Virus record (IMG/VR): IMGVR_UViG_3300020112_001004
Location: 48,403 to 112,402 of that record
Direction: 5' to 3' (one strand)
Source of the DNA: a virus
Taxonomy: Duplodnaviria; Caudoviricetes
DNA length: 64,000 nucleotides
The notes below the pieces were generated by a model. That model worked only from the letters and a program-made list of their open reading frames with translations. It did no database searches and had not been told where the DNA came from. How positions within the stretch are numbered: the stretch's first letter is position 1; each line of letters begins with the position of its first letter. This document shows positions 61,924 to 64,000 of this stretch, in pieces. Position numbers and translations under genes: made by a program.

Positions 61924-62304
61924 TTATAACATTAAATCCAAATACATATCTGGGAACTCTTCCTTGTTGTCTATTATATACTGTCTACAAATTTTTGTCA
62001 CTGACGCATGTAGGTTTTTAATTTCAGCTCTCAGATAATATAAATCATTACTCAAATATTTTACAGAAAAATCCAATCCTATCTGTATATATAATGAATC
62101 ACCATAAGGAGCCTTAAGTTCACGATTTATACTTCCTGTAGAAATCTTCCCGTTTCTCGTTTTAATCTCATTGATGCTAGAAAGTGGCGCACACACCAAT
62201 ATTCCTACATACACCAAATCAAAAACACTAACTTGACCGAGACAAAACTCTTTAATTAAACTTGTTTTTTCTTCCAAATCTTCTAGAGGATATTTAACTC
62301 TCAT
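61924..62304 (-). CDS. Array paralog, divergent subfamily B-like
   Basis: MRVKYPL..YIQIGLDF..EEFPDMYLDLML. Confidence 0.85.
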   Translation of the reverse strand: MRVKYPLEDLEEKTSLIKEFCLGQVSVFDLVYVGILVCAPLSSINEIKTRNGKISTGSINRELKAPYGDSLYIQIGLDFSVKYLSNDLYYLRAEIKNLHASVTKICRQYIIDNKEEFPDMYLDLML

Positions 62305-62370
62305 GTAATCACTCCTTTTTCTTATATTATATTATTATCATTCATTTTTAATTTGTTGCCTATTATTAGC

Positions 62371-62808
62371 TTATAACATTAATTCTAAATACATATCTGG
62401 AAATTCATCTTTATTCTTTATAATATATTCTTTAATTACTTTATTTTCTTGCTTAAAAGCATTTTTATTTTTCAATACTTCTGTTGAAATATATTCTTTA
62501 TAGCTTATGAGCATAAAATCTATACCTATTTTTAGCCACATAATAGCTTTGTTTGTAAGTGGAGCCTTCAATGGTATCTGCCAATAGGATTTAGCCAAAT
62601 CTTCCACTTCGGACATAATAGGACTTTTAAAATCGACATATCCTCGGGTTAAACATTTAAGGACTTCAAAAGAATAATCCAGTAAATTATTGTCAATAAT
62701 ATATCCAAGCACTACAAGGGTATACTCGTCTATGGGCGATTTATCTGTATAAAGGTAATCTAAAAACTTAGCCATTTTATCTTTATCAACTTCGTATTTA
62801 ACTCTCAT
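62371..62808 (-). CDS. Array paralog, subfamily A (first in transcription order)
   Basis: MRVKYEVDKDKM..WLKIGIDF..DEFPDMYLELML. Confidence 0.85.
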   Translation of the reverse strand: MRVKYEVDKDKMAKFLDYLYTDKSPIDEYTLVVLGYIIDNNLLDYSFEVLKCLTRGYVDFKSPIMSEVEDLAKSYWQIPLKAPLTNKAIMWLKIGIDFMLISYKEYISTEVLKNKNAFKQENKVIKEYIIKNKDEFPDMYLELML

Positions 62809-63604
62809 GTAATCACTCCTTTTAATTTTAGGTATTTTATCTATATTATATTATTATCTTTAGTGGCAAAATTGTTACCTTTTTTACTGTAGGGTATTCC
62901 TTTATTTTCTAGTTTTCCAGAGAAATCTACCATAAATATTTTTCTGGGTGAATTCCATAGAAATGTGAGTAACGTAAATACGTTGTTTTTTAAGGGTATA
63001 AGTCCTTTAGAATTAAAGTTTTTAATTGGGGATTGAAAGTGATAAACTTTTTATTTAAACACAAACTACAGAGGATTTTAAATGTTTTTTCGTTAATTCC
63101 CTTTATTTATTATATTTCATATTAACTTTTAGGGGTTTTTTGATGTTTTTATGCAATATTTAACGTTTTTTCGTTAGTTTTTCATGGTTTTTCATAGAAA
63201 ATAATTAGTGGAGTGGAGGGGCTTTATGGGGTATTTTTTGGGGTAGGAGGGATTTTTTAATGTTTTTGCGAGGATTTTTGGGTGCTATATTAAAGGGGTG
63301 ATAGTTATTAGGGGGTTATGATTCAAGGAAAGAGATTTAGGATTATTATAAAAAATAGTTTTTATGGGTGTTAGGGGTAGAAAAAGAAAGGGGTTTTAGA
63401 GTGTTTTCGTAGGAGGGGTATCTAGATTTAATATTTTTAAGGGGATTAATAAGTGATAGAAAAGGGAAATAGGAGGGGAATGGAGGGGATTTATGGGGTT
63501 GGGAATGGGATTATTACTAGGGTGGGAATTGGGGGAAATGGGAATGGGTTGGAAAAGGGGTGGAAAATGATTGGGATGTTGATGGAATAAGGGGTTTGGG
63601 TAGA

Positions 63605-63688
63605 TGATACACGTGGGTAAGTTGGTTAATATGATACACGTGGGTAAGTTTATGTGGGGTTGATGAATGTGATACACGTGGGTAAGTT
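63605..63688 (+). repeat. Three exact 19-bp direct repeats TGATACACGTGGGTAAGTT
   Basis: Copies at 63605, 63632 and 63670 in non-coding DNA. Confidence 0.9.
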
Positions 63689-64000
63689 TATTGATGATTG
63701 TAGGAATTGTAGAAAATTGTAGGGAAATGTTGTGGTATTGAATAGACTTGGCTATTTATAATGTAGGGAAATCAACCCCCTCCCTCGACAAGAAACGACG
63801 TAAAAACCCACGCCCCCACCTTGACTATATGAAATAGTTGTTTCTTATTGTCAAAACTCGAAAAAATTTCTGTTTTTGTCGACGGCGATAGGAATTTTTT
63901 TCACCCTACCCACTTCAATGCACCTTATACCCTTTTATTACTAACCACCCTATCGCCTATCATTATTCCTTTTTATATTACAAATTCCCTTACTACATAC

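Noticed and set aside
56055-62808. CRISPR array or true integron
   Set aside because: The units between repeats are full paralogous ORFs; no cas gene or integrase is in the window; the repeat lacks the attC-type internal inverted symmetry despite its GTAAC next to stop codons.
63605-63620. Canonical parS site
   Set aside because: TGATACACGTGGGTAA has 5 mismatches to TGTTNCACGTGAAACA and is not palindromic outside the core.
63396-63677. 93-aa Pro/His/Asn-rich ORF on - strand
   Set aside because: By-product of the G-rich repeat tract; no convincing RBS.
1-64000. tRNA/rRNA genes, IS elements, integrase/att sites
   Set aside because: None recognised by eye; a tRNAscan/Rfam run would be needed to exclude them formally.

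Overview
A 64 kb segment of a large, very AT-rich siphovirus-type phage or prophage, most likely of a Clostridium-like Firmicutes host (inferred from base composition and gene families). Bases 1-9009 (+) hold a type IIA topoisomerase pair (gyrB-like, gyrA-like) separated by accessory genes (GT2 glycosyltransferase, orphan Mod-type methyltransferase, hypotheticals). Bases 9060-62808 (-) hold, in transcription order: a 13-member tandem paralog array with an HU-like gene, auxiliary enzymes (beta-CASP, ClpP-like, metallophosphoesterase, 5'-nucleotidase, MTase, guanylate kinase), packaging and head genes, tail genes, holins, and putative tail-associated enzymes (two beta-helix proteins, two subtilases). 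Main results: (1) the apparently shattered tape-measure gene is one intact 1772-codon gene interrupted by FIVE group I introns, with all junctions reconstructed by hand; (2) terL carries a sixth group I intron with a LAGLIDADG ORF in its P1 loop; (3) an array of 13 paralogous ~140-aa genes has conserved ends (MRVxY... / ...EFPxxYLxLML), variable cores and a conserved promoter-like repeat, and the same repeat heads accessory genes elsewhere in the window; (4) a recurrent hairpin-TACATA element occurs 10 times; (5) the non-coding right end has G-quadruplex motifs, 19-bp repeats and a strand-skew switch. All assignments come from manual motif recognition; no database searches were run.
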